The position numbers and the translations under genes were made by a program. Positions 9,572 through 19,773 of a stretch of DNA of 64,000 nucleotides are shown piece after piece (the first letter of the stretch is position 1; every line of letters begins with the position of its first letter). The notes below the pieces were generated by a model. The model was given only the letters and a program-made list of their open reading frames with translations, ran no database searches and was not told the origin of the DNA. Source of the DNA: Candidatus Omnitrophota bacterium (GTDB taxonomy: Bacteria; Omnitrophota; Gorgyraeia; Gygaellales; Profunditerraquicolaceae); NCBI GenBank assembly GCA_003598025.1, contig QZKH01000002.1:10133-74132 (forward strand). Direction: 5' to 3'.

Positions 9572-10916
9572 ACTGGACTTTTCTTGCGCAGAGTTATTTT
9601 TGGCTCTGAGCCGGAAGAGGTCGCCGTTTTTCTTGGATAGCAGCCTTAATATGAATAATAAAGATGGGCGCTTTTCTTTCTTAGGTTGTGAGCCGTTTCA
9701 GTTTATCCAGGGAGATAAAATAAACCCTTTCCCGGCATTAAGGAAAATATTCCGCGATTACCGCATATCTGCCCCGGACATGAACGTGCCATTTTTCGCA
9801 GGAGCGGTCGGGTACTTTGCCTATGATTTGGGATTTGTTTTGGAAAAGAAAATTGCTTTAAATAAAAGAGCAGCAGGCAGTATCCCGCAGGTCTATTTTA
9901 ATTTTTATAATACCATTATTGCGATAGACCACATTAAGAATGAATTCCATATATTATCGGTCGGTTTTCCCGGGAGAAACTACCGGATGCAGAAAAAAAT
10001 AGCGACAGAGAATTTTAAGAATGCTTATAAAATGATACGGCGCGCTAAAGACGAGCGGGTTGACGATTGCCTTGGCATGAAACCAAAAAGAACAGATTTC
10101 CGTTCCGATTTTACTAAAAACAAATATATTGCGGCAGTCGTTAAAGCGAAGGATTATATTAAAAAAGGAGATATTTATCAGGTGAACCTTTCTCAGCGGT
10201 TGTCTTCTAAAAGCCGTGCCTCCGCGGTTAATATATATATGAATTTACGCAGGCTCAGCCCGAGTAATTTCTCTGCATATTTCGATACGGGAGATTTTCA
10301 GATTATTTCTTCTTCGCCGGAGAGATTCTTAAATTTATCCGGAGGACGTGTTGTAACAAAACCCATGAAAGGCACGCGAGCGCGCTCTTTAAATAGCGTA
10401 AAGGATATTAAGCTCAGAAATGAATTGATCCGCAGCCCTAAGGATAAGGCCGAGCTTTTAATGATAGTTGACCTGGAGAGGAATGATTTGGGCAGAGTTT
10501 GTGATTATGGTTCGGTAAAGGTCGATACTCTCAGGGAGATAGAAAAATATAATTCTGTCTTTCAGGCTACTTCCACAATAAGCGCTAAATTGCACCCTGG
10601 TAAAGACAGGTTTGATCTCCTGCAGGCATGTTTCCCAGGAGGTTCTATTACCGGTTGCCCTAAGATAAGGGCTATGGAGATAATCGATGAGCTTGAGCCG
10701 CTTGAGCGCTCCATTTATACCGGATGCCTGGGATATTTAAGTTTCTGCGGAAATATGGATTTTAATATTATGATACGCACCATACTTAAGCAAAAAGATA
10801 AGGTTTATTTGGGGGTTGGCGGAGGGATTGTAGCCGACTCAGAGCCTGTTAAGGAATATGAAGAAACTTTGGTTAAGGCCAAAGCTATGATTGAGGCTAT
10901 AGCTTATGCAGGGTAA
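9543..10916 (+). CDS. pabB: Aminodeoxychorismate synthase component I (MST family)
   Basis: GDIYQVNLS, SPERF, KPMKGT (PabB-type Lys), MIVDLERNDLGRV, FPGGSITGCPK. Confidence 0.85.
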   Translation: MAYWISKSYKLDFSCAELFLALSRKRSPFFLDSSLNMNNKDGRFSFLGCEPFQFIQGDKINPFPALRKIFRDYRISAPDMNVPFFAGAVGYFAYDLGFVLEKKIALNKRAAGSIPQVYFNFYNTIIAIDHIKNEFHILSVGFPGRNYRMQKKIATENFKNAYKMIRRAKDERVDDCLGMKPKRTDFRSDFTKNKYIAAVVKAKDYIKKGDIYQVNLSQRLSSKSRASAVNIYMNLRRLSPSNFSAYFDTGDFQIISSSPERFLNLSGGRVVTKPMKGTRARSLNSVKDIKLRNELIRSPKDKAELLMIVDLERNDLGRVCDYGSVKVDTLREIEKYNSVFQATSTISAKLHPGKDRFDLLQACFPGGSITGCPKIRAMEIIDELEPLERSIYTGCLGYLSFCGNMDFNIMIRTILKQKDKVYLGVGGGIVADSEPVKEYEETLVKAKAMIEAIAYAG

Positions 10917-11739
10917 AATGACGGTCTTTTTTAACGGTAAATTTGTAGACAGGCATGATCTGAAGGCTTCGGTCCTGGATGAAGGGTTTCTTTATGGATA
11001 CGGGCTATTTGAAACCATGCGTGCTTACAATAATAAAATATTATTATTAGACCAGCACATAGAAAGAATGTTTGTTTCTGCAGGATTGATATCTTTTGCA
11101 ATGCCTTATTCATCGGCAAAAACCAGGGATATAGTGGAATCAGCCGTTCTAAAATCCGGCTTAAAAGACGCCTTTGTAAGGTTGTCATGCTGGAGGTCAA
11201 AGAAGATAAACAGCATATTAGTCATTGCAAGAAAATACAAACCCTACTCTTCGAGGGTGTATAAAAAAGGTTTTTCTGCTATAATCTCAAGGTTTACTAA
11301 AGACCAGGATTCAATGTTAAGCAGAATAAAAAGCAATAACTATCTTTTATGCAGGTTGGCTTTTATGGAAGCCTTAAGCCTTAAGTCCGATGAAGCAATT
11401 TTGTTGAACAACGACGGATTAATCTGTGAAGGCAGCAGGTCGAATATTTTCTTTGTAAAAAACAGACGGATTTATACGCCTTCTTTAGAATGCGGCTGTT
11501 TATCCGGCATAACGAGGGAATTGATTATAAAGATGATTCTTAGATCAGGGCTGGATGTCAAAGAGGGTAAATTCGGGATTAACCAGTTATATGCAGCAGA
11601 TGAGGCTTTCTTTACCAATTCTTTGATGGGTGTTATGCCTTTAACTAAAATCGGCAAGCTCAGGATAAATAACTCTAATACCGGTAAGATAACCGAAAAA
11701 CTCATTTCCGATTACGATAACTTATTAAAAAACGCATGA
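10906..11739 (+). CDS. pabC: PLP-dependent class IV aminotransferase/aminodeoxychorismate lyase
   Basis: YGYGLFET, KSNNY, EGSRSNIF, LSGITR, ADEAFFTNS; adjacent to pabB. Confidence 0.7.
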   Translation: MQGKMTVFFNGKFVDRHDLKASVLDEGFLYGYGLFETMRAYNNKILLLDQHIERMFVSAGLISFAMPYSSAKTRDIVESAVLKSGLKDAFVRLSCWRSKKINSILVIARKYKPYSSRVYKKGFSAIISRFTKDQDSMLSRIKSNNYLLCRLAFMEALSLKSDEAILLNNDGLICEGSRSNIFFVKNRRIYTPSLECGCLSGITRELIIKMILRSGLDVKEGKFGINQLYAADEAFFTNSLMGVMPLTKIGKLRINNSNTGKITEKLISDYDNLLKNA

Positions 11740-12851
11740 CAATAATTAACCTTCCGTTTATTATGAAAAGTCCGGTGCTGGCTCTAGGCGCCAACAGCAA
11801 GAATAGAATCTGTTTTGCTAAAGGCAGTAAAGCATATTTAAGCAATATGCATGAGAATTTGGATAACATAGATGATCTATCCGAATTTGAAAAAAGTGCC
11901 AAGAGCGCATTAAGCAGAAAGCCAAAAATCATCGCCTGTGATCTGCACAGCGGATATTTATCCAGCAGATACGCTGATGAAATAAGCGAAGGCAATTTAT
12001 TAAAAAAGCCTATCCAGCACCATCACGCTCATATTGCTTCATGCATGGCCGAGAACCAATTTAAAAATGAATACGTTATAGGTGTTGCTTTCGACGGCAC
12101 GGGTTTAGGCGTTGACGGCAATATCTGGGGAGCAGAATTTCTTTTCTGTAATTATGCAAATTTCCAGAGGTTAATCCGCCTAGAATATATCCCGCTCCTG
12201 GGTTCGGAAAAGGCAATAACTGAACCGGCAAGATTAGCATATCTATGGTTGTACTTAATTTATAAAGATAGATTCTTGGATATAAAGATTAACCTGACCC
12301 AGGCTTTAAAGCCAAAGAAATGGGCGGTCTTTAAAAAGATGTATTCATCCGGCTTTAATTCTCCCAAAGCAAGCAGTATGGGACGTTTGTTTGATGCTGT
12401 CGCCAGCATAGTACTCGGCAAGCAAAAGGCAGAATTTGAGGCGGATTTAGCCATACAGCTTCAGAGGCTTGCTGAGAAAAGCAGTGATGTGCAGGCAGCT
12501 TATAAATTTTCATTTGTAAAACAGCCGCCTCTTTTTGTAATAGACCCAAGAGATATCTTTAAGGGTGTGGTTAAAGATACGACAAGCGGGCTGCCTGCCG
12601 GATATATTGCTAATCGGTTCCATTATACTATTGCCAGTATAATACTTGAGGGAGCAGAAAAAATAAGAAAGATAAAAAAGGCCAATAAAGTCGTGCTTTC
12701 AGGAGGGGTATTTCAAAATAGTCTTTTACTCCGCATGACTTTGGAATTATTATATAAGAAAGGCTTTAAAGTTTATACCCACAAGGCTTTATCCCCGAAT
12801 GACTCAAGTATAGCCTTGGGGCAGGCAGTAATAGCTAACTTCAAGGAATAA
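11736..12851 (+). CDS. hypF: Carbamoyltransferase HypF, short form (Kae1-like C-terminal part only)
   Basis: ACDLH, QHHHAH, DGTGLG..GNIWGAE, SSMGRLFDA, LSGGVFQN, PNDSSIALGQ; no acylphosphatase, Zn-finger or YrdC domains. Confidence 0.85.
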   Translation: MTIINLPFIMKSPVLALGANSKNRICFAKGSKAYLSNMHENLDNIDDLSEFEKSAKSALSRKPKIIACDLHSGYLSSRYADEISEGNLLKKPIQHHHAHIASCMAENQFKNEYVIGVAFDGTGLGVDGNIWGAEFLFCNYANFQRLIRLEYIPLLGSEKAITEPARLAYLWLYLIYKDRFLDIKINLTQALKPKKWAVFKKMYSSGFNSPKASSMGRLFDAVASIVLGKQKAEFEADLAIQLQRLAEKSSDVQAAYKFSFVKQPPLFVIDPRDIFKGVVKDTTSGLPAGYIANRFHYTIASIILEGAEKIRKIKKANKVVLSGGVFQNSLLLRMTLELLYKKGFKVYTHKALSPNDSSIALGQAVIANFKE

Positions 12852-12852
12852 T

Positions 12853-13065
12853 ATGTGCTTAGCAGTCCCAATGAGAATAAAGAAGATTAATCAAAATTTC
12901 GCCAAGGTTGAAATCTCCGGTCTTATACGGCATGTAAACGTGCAGATGCTACCCGGGTTAAAAAAGGGAGATTATGTAATCGTGCATGCGGGTTTTGCGA
13001 TACAAAAAATAGACCCCCTGGAAGCCAAAAAAACATTAAAGGTGTTTAATGAAATATGTAGATGA
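12853..13065 (+). CDS. hypC: Hydrogenase maturation chaperone HypC
   Basis: MCLAVP N-terminus, GDYVIVHAGFAI. Confidence 0.95.
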   Translation: MCLAVPMRIKKINQNFAKVEISGLIRHVNVQMLPGLKKGDYVIVHAGFAIQKIDPLEAKKTLKVFNEICR

Positions 13066-14152
13066 ATTCCGCAATAAAATACTTGTTGAGAAGATCGCAT
13101 CAGGGATCAAGGCCTTGAATATCGACGCAAAAGTTAACCTTATGGAAGTCTGCGGAACGCATACTCAAAGTTTTGCAAGGTTTGGCCTGAATAAATTCCT
13201 GCCTGAAAATATACGGCTTATACCGGGACCGGGATGCCCGGTTTGCGTTTCAAGCCCGCAGTATATAGATAGGGCGATTAGCTTGGCCAAAGACAAAAAC
13301 AATATAATTGTTACTTTCGGTGATATGCTGCGTGTCCCGGGTAGCGTATCATCTCTAGAAAAAGAAAGGATGCGTTTTGGCAATGTTATTGCCGTATATT
13401 CACCGCTGGATGCCTTAAGGATTGCCAAGGCGGATTCCGCAAAAAAAATATTTTTTCTTGCCGTTGGTTTTGAGACTACAGCCCCCACTATTGCTATAAC
13501 AGCAATGCTTGCCAAGAAGGAGAAAATAAACAATATTTTCTTTCTATCTTCCCTAAAGCTGATGCCGCCTGCGATGAGGTTTTTGTTAAAAGATAAGAGG
13601 CTTAATATAGATGGTTTTCTTTGCCCGGGGCATGTCTCCAGCATTATCGGTCTTAAGCCCTATGAATTTATACCGCGTAAGCATAAAATAGGTTGCTGTG
13701 TGGCAGGTTTTGAGCCGACGGATATCTTAGAAGGAATACTTATGCTTTGCCGGCAGATCGCAGACAATAAGCCCAGGGTAGATAATCAATACAGCAGGGT
13801 TGTAAAAAATAACGGCAACCCTAAAGCCCGGAAAATTATCCACAATGTATTTGAAACCTGCGATGCGCAGTGGAGAGGCTTAGGCGTGATTACAAATAGT
13901 GGCCTTAAATTAAGAAAAAAATACTCGGGTTTAGATGCCGAGTCAATCATGCATTTTGAGAGAAGAACAGTGTTCCATCCGGAAGAGTTTGCTAAGGGAT
14001 GCAAATGCGGCCAGGTTCTAAAAGGGCTGATTATGCCTAAAGACTGCCCGTTATTCTACGTGAAGTGCAAGCCGGATTCTCCCATTGGCCCATGTATGGT
14101 TTCCAGCGAAGGAGCATGCAATGCGTATTTCAGGTATAAAAGGCAGAAGTAA
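13049..14152 (+). CDS. hypD: Hydrogenase maturation protein HypD
   Basis: MEVCGTH, GPGCPVC, GFETT, PGHVS, GPCMVSSEGAC. Confidence 0.95.
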   Translation: MKYVDEFRNKILVEKIASGIKALNIDAKVNLMEVCGTHTQSFARFGLNKFLPENIRLIPGPGCPVCVSSPQYIDRAISLAKDKNNIIVTFGDMLRVPGSVSSLEKERMRFGNVIAVYSPLDALRIAKADSAKKIFFLAVGFETTAPTIAITAMLAKKEKINNIFFLSSLKLMPPAMRFLLKDKRLNIDGFLCPGHVSSIIGLKPYEFIPRKHKIGCCVAGFEPTDILEGILMLCRQIADNKPRVDNQYSRVVKNNGNPKARKIIHNVFETCDAQWRGLGVITNSGLKLRKKYSGLDAESIMHFERRTVFHPEEFAKGCKCGQVLKGLIMPKDCPLFYVKCKPDSPIGPCMVSSEGACNAYFRYKRQK

Positions 14153-14153
14153 A

Positions 14154-16523
14154 ATGCGTGGCAGCATTATTTTTATCCTTATCTTGTTTGGCGGAACGTT
14201 GTCGCTGTCATGCCAAAAGATAAGCGATTTTGATACAGCCAGGCATTATTCAGACCTTTCCGATATTTATTATCATCAGGCCGAACAAGGGTATAAGCGG
14301 CTTATAGAAAAAGAACCGGGTAACCAGGCAGTAAAGTTAGGCCTGGCAAAATTATACTATTCTCACGGCGAGTTAACCCTTGCTATAGATATACTGAAGA
14401 GCTTGAGCTTGCCGGAGGCAATGAAAATCCTGGCCATTTCTTATTATAAGTCAGGGGATTTTACCTTAGCCTTGGATGTATTCACTAAAAACAGTAAAAG
14501 TGCAGATGATGAATATTTATACTACTGGGGGTTAGTATGCGAGAACCTGAATCTTTTCGACCAGGCGCTTGATATATATTCGAAAGTAAGGGCCGGTGAG
14601 TTCTTACAACTGGCGCATAAACGTTTGCAACTAATCGAAAAAAGATCGCAAGCCGCAAATATAAAGGATTCCGACCCGAAATTATATAAAATACTTATAC
14701 AGAAAGCAAATCCGGATAAATACCCCCAGGCAGGTGCGCTGATCCTGCTTTCTGATGAGAAAGTAAAAATAAAAGAAGATAACAGCCAGTTAGAGGACTT
14801 ACATTACGTAATAAAGATTATTAATGAAAGGGGTAAAGAAACCTTTGCCGAGGCAAGCATTGATTATGATTCTACGTTTGAAAAAGTCGAGCTGGAATAT
14901 GCAAGGACCATAAAGCCAGATGGTAGCATAGTCGGGGTAGGCAGCCGCCATATTCGGGATGTATCAAAGTATCTTAATTTTCCTCTTTATAGCAATTCCA
15001 GGGTCTTTATAATATCTTTCCCCGAGGTTTCAGAAGGGTGTATTCTTGAATACAAGGTTAAAATACATAGCAGTAAGCTTATTAACGATAAAGATTTTGT
15101 TATCGCTTACCCTTTGCAAGCTCAGGAACCTATAGCAGAGGCAAGATTCCAGCTTAGCACTCCTTTGCGGCTTAAGCCCAACATTACTAAAATAAACGAG
15201 CAATATAACAATTTCTCGGCTAACCTTAATCCGGAAGTCACCCAGGCAGGCAATACAATGATTTATAGCTGGGTTTTTAAGGATATCCCCCAGTTGATTC
15301 CGGAAAATAATATGCCGGCAGTTGTTGATATTAATCCTGCTATTCTGCTCTCTACTTTTAATTCCTGGCAAAACGTCCATGAATGGTGGTGGAATTTGGC
15401 AAAAGATAAGATCGCCGCCGATAAAGATATAAAGCGGCAGGTCCGTTTGCTTACTAAAAGGTGTAAATCTGCCGAAGCCAAGGCCAGGGCAATTTATAAT
15501 TTCTGTGCGCAAAAGATCCGCTATGTTGCGGTTGAGTACGGCCAAGCCGGTTATGAACCGCACAGGGCAGAGGATATATACAGAAATAAATACGGTGATT
15601 GTAAAGACCAGGCTGTATTACTGGTGGCTATGTTAAAAGAAGCGGGTTTTGACGCCTGGCCGGTGCTTATTTCTACAAAAGGTTATTATAATCTGGATCC
15701 GGGCTTTGCTTCTTCTATGTTCAACCACTGTATAGCTGTATTGGAATTGCACGGTAAATTCATTTTTCTCGACCCGACTGCTGAAACCTGTTCATTCGGA
15801 GATCTGCCGGCAGTTGACCAGGAGAGAAAAGTTTTGATAATAAAACCGGACAAATACCAAATCGAGGATACTCCGTTATTTGACGCCGCACATAACCTGA
15901 TTCAGCAAAAGATAACAGCCAGGATAAACAAAAATGAGGGAATATCGGCAGAGAAAATAGTTGATACCCGCGGTATATATGACCAGCTGCAAAGGGCCTG
16001 GCTCTTATATACTCCCCCTGAAATGATATTGGATGCGATTAAGGAACGAATGCAGGATATTTCAATAGGAGCTAAATTGATTGATTATAAAATCCTTAAC
16101 GCAGATGATATTAACAAGCCGGTAGTATTATCTTATAAGTTCGAAGGCCCTGAGTACTTTACTCAGGCAGGCCCGCTTAGAGTTATGCCGCAGCTTGTAA
16201 GCCTTGATCCATCTCTTGTAGGCAAAGAAAAGCGTAAGTACCCCATAGAATTTCATATTTTAGACAAAAAAGAAATGGCATTTTATATTGAAATTCCGTA
16301 TAACTTTGTTATAAAATATGTTCCTGAAAGTATTATTGAAGACAGCCCCTGGATGAAATTACAGGTTGAGTACAGGGTCAATAAAAACAAGATATATGCC
16401 CGGCAACAGGTCGAGCTTAAGAAAAGGATTATACCTCAAGAAGATTATAATAAATTCCAATCTTTTTATACTAGTGTTGCTAAGAAGATTAAACAAAGGA
16501 TTATTTTGGAAAGGTTAAGATAA
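14154..16523 (+). CDS. TPR + DUF3857 + transglutaminase-like lipoprotein
   Basis: Signal with lipobox LSLSC after ATG 14154; TPR helices; GDCKD / FNHCI / LDPT Cys-His-Asp triad. Confidence 0.8.
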   Translation: MRGSIIFILILFGGTLSLSCQKISDFDTARHYSDLSDIYYHQAEQGYKRLIEKEPGNQAVKLGLAKLYYSHGELTLAIDILKSLSLPEAMKILAISYYKSGDFTLALDVFTKNSKSADDEYLYYWGLVCENLNLFDQALDIYSKVRAGEFLQLAHKRLQLIEKRSQAANIKDSDPKLYKILIQKANPDKYPQAGALILLSDEKVKIKEDNSQLEDLHYVIKIINERGKETFAEASIDYDSTFEKVELEYARTIKPDGSIVGVGSRHIRDVSKYLNFPLYSNSRVFIISFPEVSEGCILEYKVKIHSSKLINDKDFVIAYPLQAQEPIAEARFQLSTPLRLKPNITKINEQYNNFSANLNPEVTQAGNTMIYSWVFKDIPQLIPENNMPAVVDINPAILLSTFNSWQNVHEWWWNLAKDKIAADKDIKRQVRLLTKRCKSAEAKARAIYNFCAQKIRYVAVEYGQAGYEPHRAEDIYRNKYGDCKDQAVLLVAMLKEAGFDAWPVLISTKGYYNLDPGFASSMFNHCIAVLELHGKFIFLDPTAETCSFGDLPAVDQERKVLIIKPDKYQIEDTPLFDAAHNLIQQKITARINKNEGISAEKIVDTRGIYDQLQRAWLLYTPPEMILDAIKERMQDISIGAKLIDYKILNADDINKPVVLSYKFEGPEYFTQAGPLRVMPQLVSLDPSLVGKEKRKYPIEFHILDKKEMAFYIEIPYNFVIKYVPESIIEDSPWMKLQVEYRVNKNKIYARQQVELKKRIIPQEDYNKFQSFYTSVAKKIKQRIILERLR

Positions 16524-16529
16524 GCCCCA

Positions 16530-18476
16530 ATGGCAAAAACAACTGATAATGAGCAAAACAGAAGAAGATATCATCGTATAAATACTGTATTACCGGTCCA
16601 ATTCAGGCTTGTTTCATTTGAAGGCAGGCATTTTTTATCTGGATGGCTCCAGGGTTTTACCAGCAACATCAGCAAGGGCGGGATTTGTCTGGCTGTCAAT
16701 AATCTTAATCCGGAGCTGGCGGCTTTGGTGATAAGCAAGGAGGTAAAAACCTCCATGGATATTGAGATGCCCGTATCAAGAAACCCTATATCTGCCTTGG
16801 CGCATATAGCATGGGTTAAAGAACAGATTTTGCCGACAGGTAATAAATACCTTATAGGATTAAGTTATGATGAAATAAACCCTGTCCACAACAGGCTGAT
16901 AATGCGTTATGTTTGGCTTAAAAAATTATTTTTTCCGATTTCCGCTTCCGTAATACTGTTGCTTGGCCTAGGCTTGGTTGTAAACAGCATAATGACTGCC
17001 AGGCTAATGGAGGGCAATAAATTACTTGTTGCTGAGCTATTAAAGAATGTGAATGATTCAAATTCTGCCAGGGCCAAAATTAAAGAAATGGATACCGAGA
17101 AATTAAAACTGGAATCCGAGTTAAGCCGGCTTCATGTGATGATAGGGTCTTTGGAGGCCGAAAGAGATTCATTAAACAGAAAAAATAATAAGGTTGAAGA
17201 GTTGGCATCACGTATTGAAGAGGTGACCCGCCAGAAAGAAGCATTACAAAAAGAACTTGCAGCCCTAAATAGCACCCAGAGTGCCGAAGTTAAGAAACTG
17301 GATTTATTAAGCAAGGAAAAATTAAAACTTGAAAAAGCCAATGTTTCTAAAATGTACGACTGGATTAGCGTACATCAAAACCCGAGCAATGGCCTGGTTA
17401 TGAGTTTTGAGGGCGATAGAGATATCCGCGGATGGTCGTTCATTTATGATCAGTCGCTGGCAGCGCAGGTTTTTATGATTTTTGCTGATTTTGACCGGGC
17501 AGCGATGATGTTGGATTTCTTCGATAGTAAAGCCCAAAGGATAGACGGCCTGTTTTTAAACGCCTATTATTTTAATGATGGTTCGCCGGCGGAATATACC
17601 GTTCATGCAGGGCCGAATATCTGGCTGGGTATAGCGGCATTGCAGTATACGCATAAGACAGGGGATACCAGTTTCCTGAGTATGGCTGAAGAGATAGCCA
17701 ACGGCATAATGCAATTACAAAATGAAGACGAAGAAGGAGGGATAAGGGGCGGACCGAATTTCGGCTGGTATTCAACTGAGCACAATCTTGATGCCTATGC
17801 ATTTTTTGATATGTTGCATATAATAACCGGAAAAGCTATTTATAAAACAGCCAGAGATAAAACATCTGCCTGGCTTAAAAAACATATTTATGATAAAGGA
17901 GATGTCCCCATAAGGCGCGGCAAAGGTGATTCGACGATCGCGACTGATACGTATGCCTGGGCAATAGCGTCATTCGGCCCTGAGACGCTGATAGATATGA
18001 AGATGGACCCGGACAAAATAATTGAATTTGCTGAAAATAACTGTGTGGTAGAAGTCCCCTTCTGCAGGTTAGACGGCCAAATAGTGAAAGTAAAGGGTTT
18101 TGATTTTGCTCCGGAAAGAGGCTTGGCAAGGGGAGGAGTGGTATCTGCGGAATGGACAGGACAGATGATTGTGACCATGAAGATTATGTCTGCGTATTAT
18201 TCTTCAAAAGGCATACCGGAAAAAGCAGCCCTTTATGCAAATAAGGCTGACGAATATTTGTCTGAACTCAGCAAAATGATAATTTCAAGCCCTTCTCCTT
18301 CTGGCCAGGGAGAAAGCTGCCTTCCTTACGCAACTCAGGATTTCGTTGATACAGGACACGGCTGGATGACACCTAAAGGTAAAGATACCGGTTCATTATC
18401 CGGTACTGCCTATGCTATATTCGCTTACTATAATCATAATCCTTTAAAGTTCAAGAAGGATGGCCAGAAAAATTAA
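16530..18476 (+). CDS. PilZ-TM-coiled-coil-(alpha/alpha)6-barrel (glycosidase-like) protein
   Basis: RRRYHR and NISKGG PilZ motifs; one TM; long coiled coil; C-terminal YDQSLA, GPNIW, STEHNLDAY, SAEWTGQM. Confidence 0.65.
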   Translation: MAKTTDNEQNRRRYHRINTVLPVQFRLVSFEGRHFLSGWLQGFTSNISKGGICLAVNNLNPELAALVISKEVKTSMDIEMPVSRNPISALAHIAWVKEQILPTGNKYLIGLSYDEINPVHNRLIMRYVWLKKLFFPISASVILLLGLGLVVNSIMTARLMEGNKLLVAELLKNVNDSNSARAKIKEMDTEKLKLESELSRLHVMIGSLEAERDSLNRKNNKVEELASRIEEVTRQKEALQKELAALNSTQSAEVKKLDLLSKEKLKLEKANVSKMYDWISVHQNPSNGLVMSFEGDRDIRGWSFIYDQSLAAQVFMIFADFDRAAMMLDFFDSKAQRIDGLFLNAYYFNDGSPAEYTVHAGPNIWLGIAALQYTHKTGDTSFLSMAEEIANGIMQLQNEDEEGGIRGGPNFGWYSTEHNLDAYAFFDMLHIITGKAIYKTARDKTSAWLKKHIYDKGDVPIRRGKGDSTIATDTYAWAIASFGPETLIDMKMDPDKIIEFAENNCVVEVPFCRLDGQIVKVKGFDFAPERGLARGGVVSAEWTGQMIVTMKIMSAYYSSKGIPEKAALYANKADEYLSELSKMIISSPSPSGQGESCLPYATQDFVDTGHGWMTPKGKDTGSLSGTAYAIFAYYNHNPLKFKKDGQKN

Positions 18477-19092
18477 ACTTTTCTATAAGAAACTTTTTTC
18501 CGAATTTGGGCAGCAGTATTGGTGGCCTGCAGATTCGGCTTTTGAGGTAATGATAGGGGCTATCCTTACCCAGAATACCAGCTGGTCTAATGTAGAAAAA
18601 GCGATAGCAAATCTTAAGAAGAATAAACTGCTCTCCCCTAAGAAACTCCGCGCTCTTTCCAGGAAGAGGCTTGCTATTTTGATCAGGCCAGCAGGATATT
18701 TTAATCTTAAAGCAGCAAGGATATCAGCTTTCCTTGATTTTATCTTCAAAAGATACCGCGGCCAAATAAGCAAGATGCGGGCACAAAAAACCAGTGTTTT
18801 ACGAGATGAGCTGCTTGGGGTAAAAGGCATAGGCCCGGAAACAGCAGATTCAATGTTACTATATGCATTGAACAAGCCGGTATTCGTAGTTGATGCTTAT
18901 ACAAAGAGAATATTGCTTCGCCATGGCTTGATTTCCGACCAGTACACTTATGGGCAGATACAGGCTATGTTTATGAAAAACTTAAAACCAAGTTCAAAGC
19001 ACTTTAACGAATACCATGCCCTTTTGGTAAAGCTGGGAAAAGAATTCTGCCTAAAGTCGAGAAAAAAATGTATGATATGCCCGTTAAGATAA
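18460..19092 (+). CDS. Endonuclease III-related HhH-GPD DNA glycosylase
   Basis: WWPA..FEVMIGAILTQNT, GIGPETADS, VVDAYT, C-terminal Cys cluster. Confidence 0.9.
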   Translation: MARKIKLFYKKLFSEFGQQYWWPADSAFEVMIGAILTQNTSWSNVEKAIANLKKNKLLSPKKLRALSRKRLAILIRPAGYFNLKAARISAFLDFIFKRYRGQISKMRAQKTSVLRDELLGVKGIGPETADSMLLYALNKPVFVVDAYTKRILLRHGLISDQYTYGQIQAMFMKNLKPSSKHFNEYHALLVKLGKEFCLKSRKKCMICPLR

Positions 19093-19772
19093 TAAAGCCG
19101 GTATTTCTCAGTATCGTAGTCTGTCTTTTATGCCAGGGCAAAGCTGTAAGCGCACCTTGCTATGGAGCCAGAATGCCTAAAAAGAACGAGTTCCACGCGG
19201 GAGCCTCTAATTACTCAATACTGAAAAGGTATTTGGAGAATGAACAAGGCAAAATAAGAAGTTCTCAGAATTTTTTTGACCTCTCTTACGGTTTATATGA
19301 TTGGCTTTCTATCGATTTAAAAGGCGGCACAGGGAATATCAAACAGCATCCTGTGGGGGCCGATGAGCTTGATTATCCTTCGTCATTTGCTGGAGGGTAT
19401 GGTTTCAGGATAAAGTTTTTTGATAGAAATCAATTTAAAGCTGTCTGCGGATTCCAGCATATCAGCGTGCATCCGGAAAAAATTCGCGTCGGTCAAACAG
19501 GGCATGCTGCAATACTGGATGATTGGCAGTTTTCAGTATTAATATCCAGGCAGGTAGCAAATATTGATCCTTATATCGGTGTTAAATTATCAAGGACAGA
19601 TTATATACACAGGCAGGACGGCATAAGAGAGCGGTATATGTCAGACCTGACTAAGAATATCGGTCTTTTCTTAGGCATAGACCTGCCTATTACAGAAAGA
19701 TGCTGGTTTAATATTGAGGCGCAGTTTGTGGATGTCCAGGCATTTGCCGGCGGCATAAAATATTCCTTTTAA
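19068..19772 (+). CDS. Putative outer-membrane beta-barrel protein
   Basis: Signal peptide, amphipathic beta strands, C-terminal GIKYSF beta-signal. Confidence 0.55.
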   Translation: MYDMPVKIIKPVFLSIVVCLLCQGKAVSAPCYGARMPKKNEFHAGASNYSILKRYLENEQGKIRSSQNFFDLSYGLYDWLSIDLKGGTGNIKQHPVGADELDYPSSFAGGYGFRIKFFDRNQFKAVCGFQHISVHPEKIRVGQTGHAAILDDWQFSVLISRQVANIDPYIGVKLSRTDYIHRQDGIRERYMSDLTKNIGLFLGIDLPITERCWFNIEAQFVDVQAFAGGIKYSF

Positions 19773-19773
19773 G

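Noticed and set aside
11736-12851. hypF pseudogene
   Set aside because: Uninterrupted ORF, coupled start, intact C-terminal motifs and no upstream remnant of the missing domains
14085-14153. TTG start at 14085 for the transglutaminase-like gene (likewise 5715, 41615, 50977)
   Set aside because: Downstream ATGs give better RBS, signal-peptide or overlap geometry
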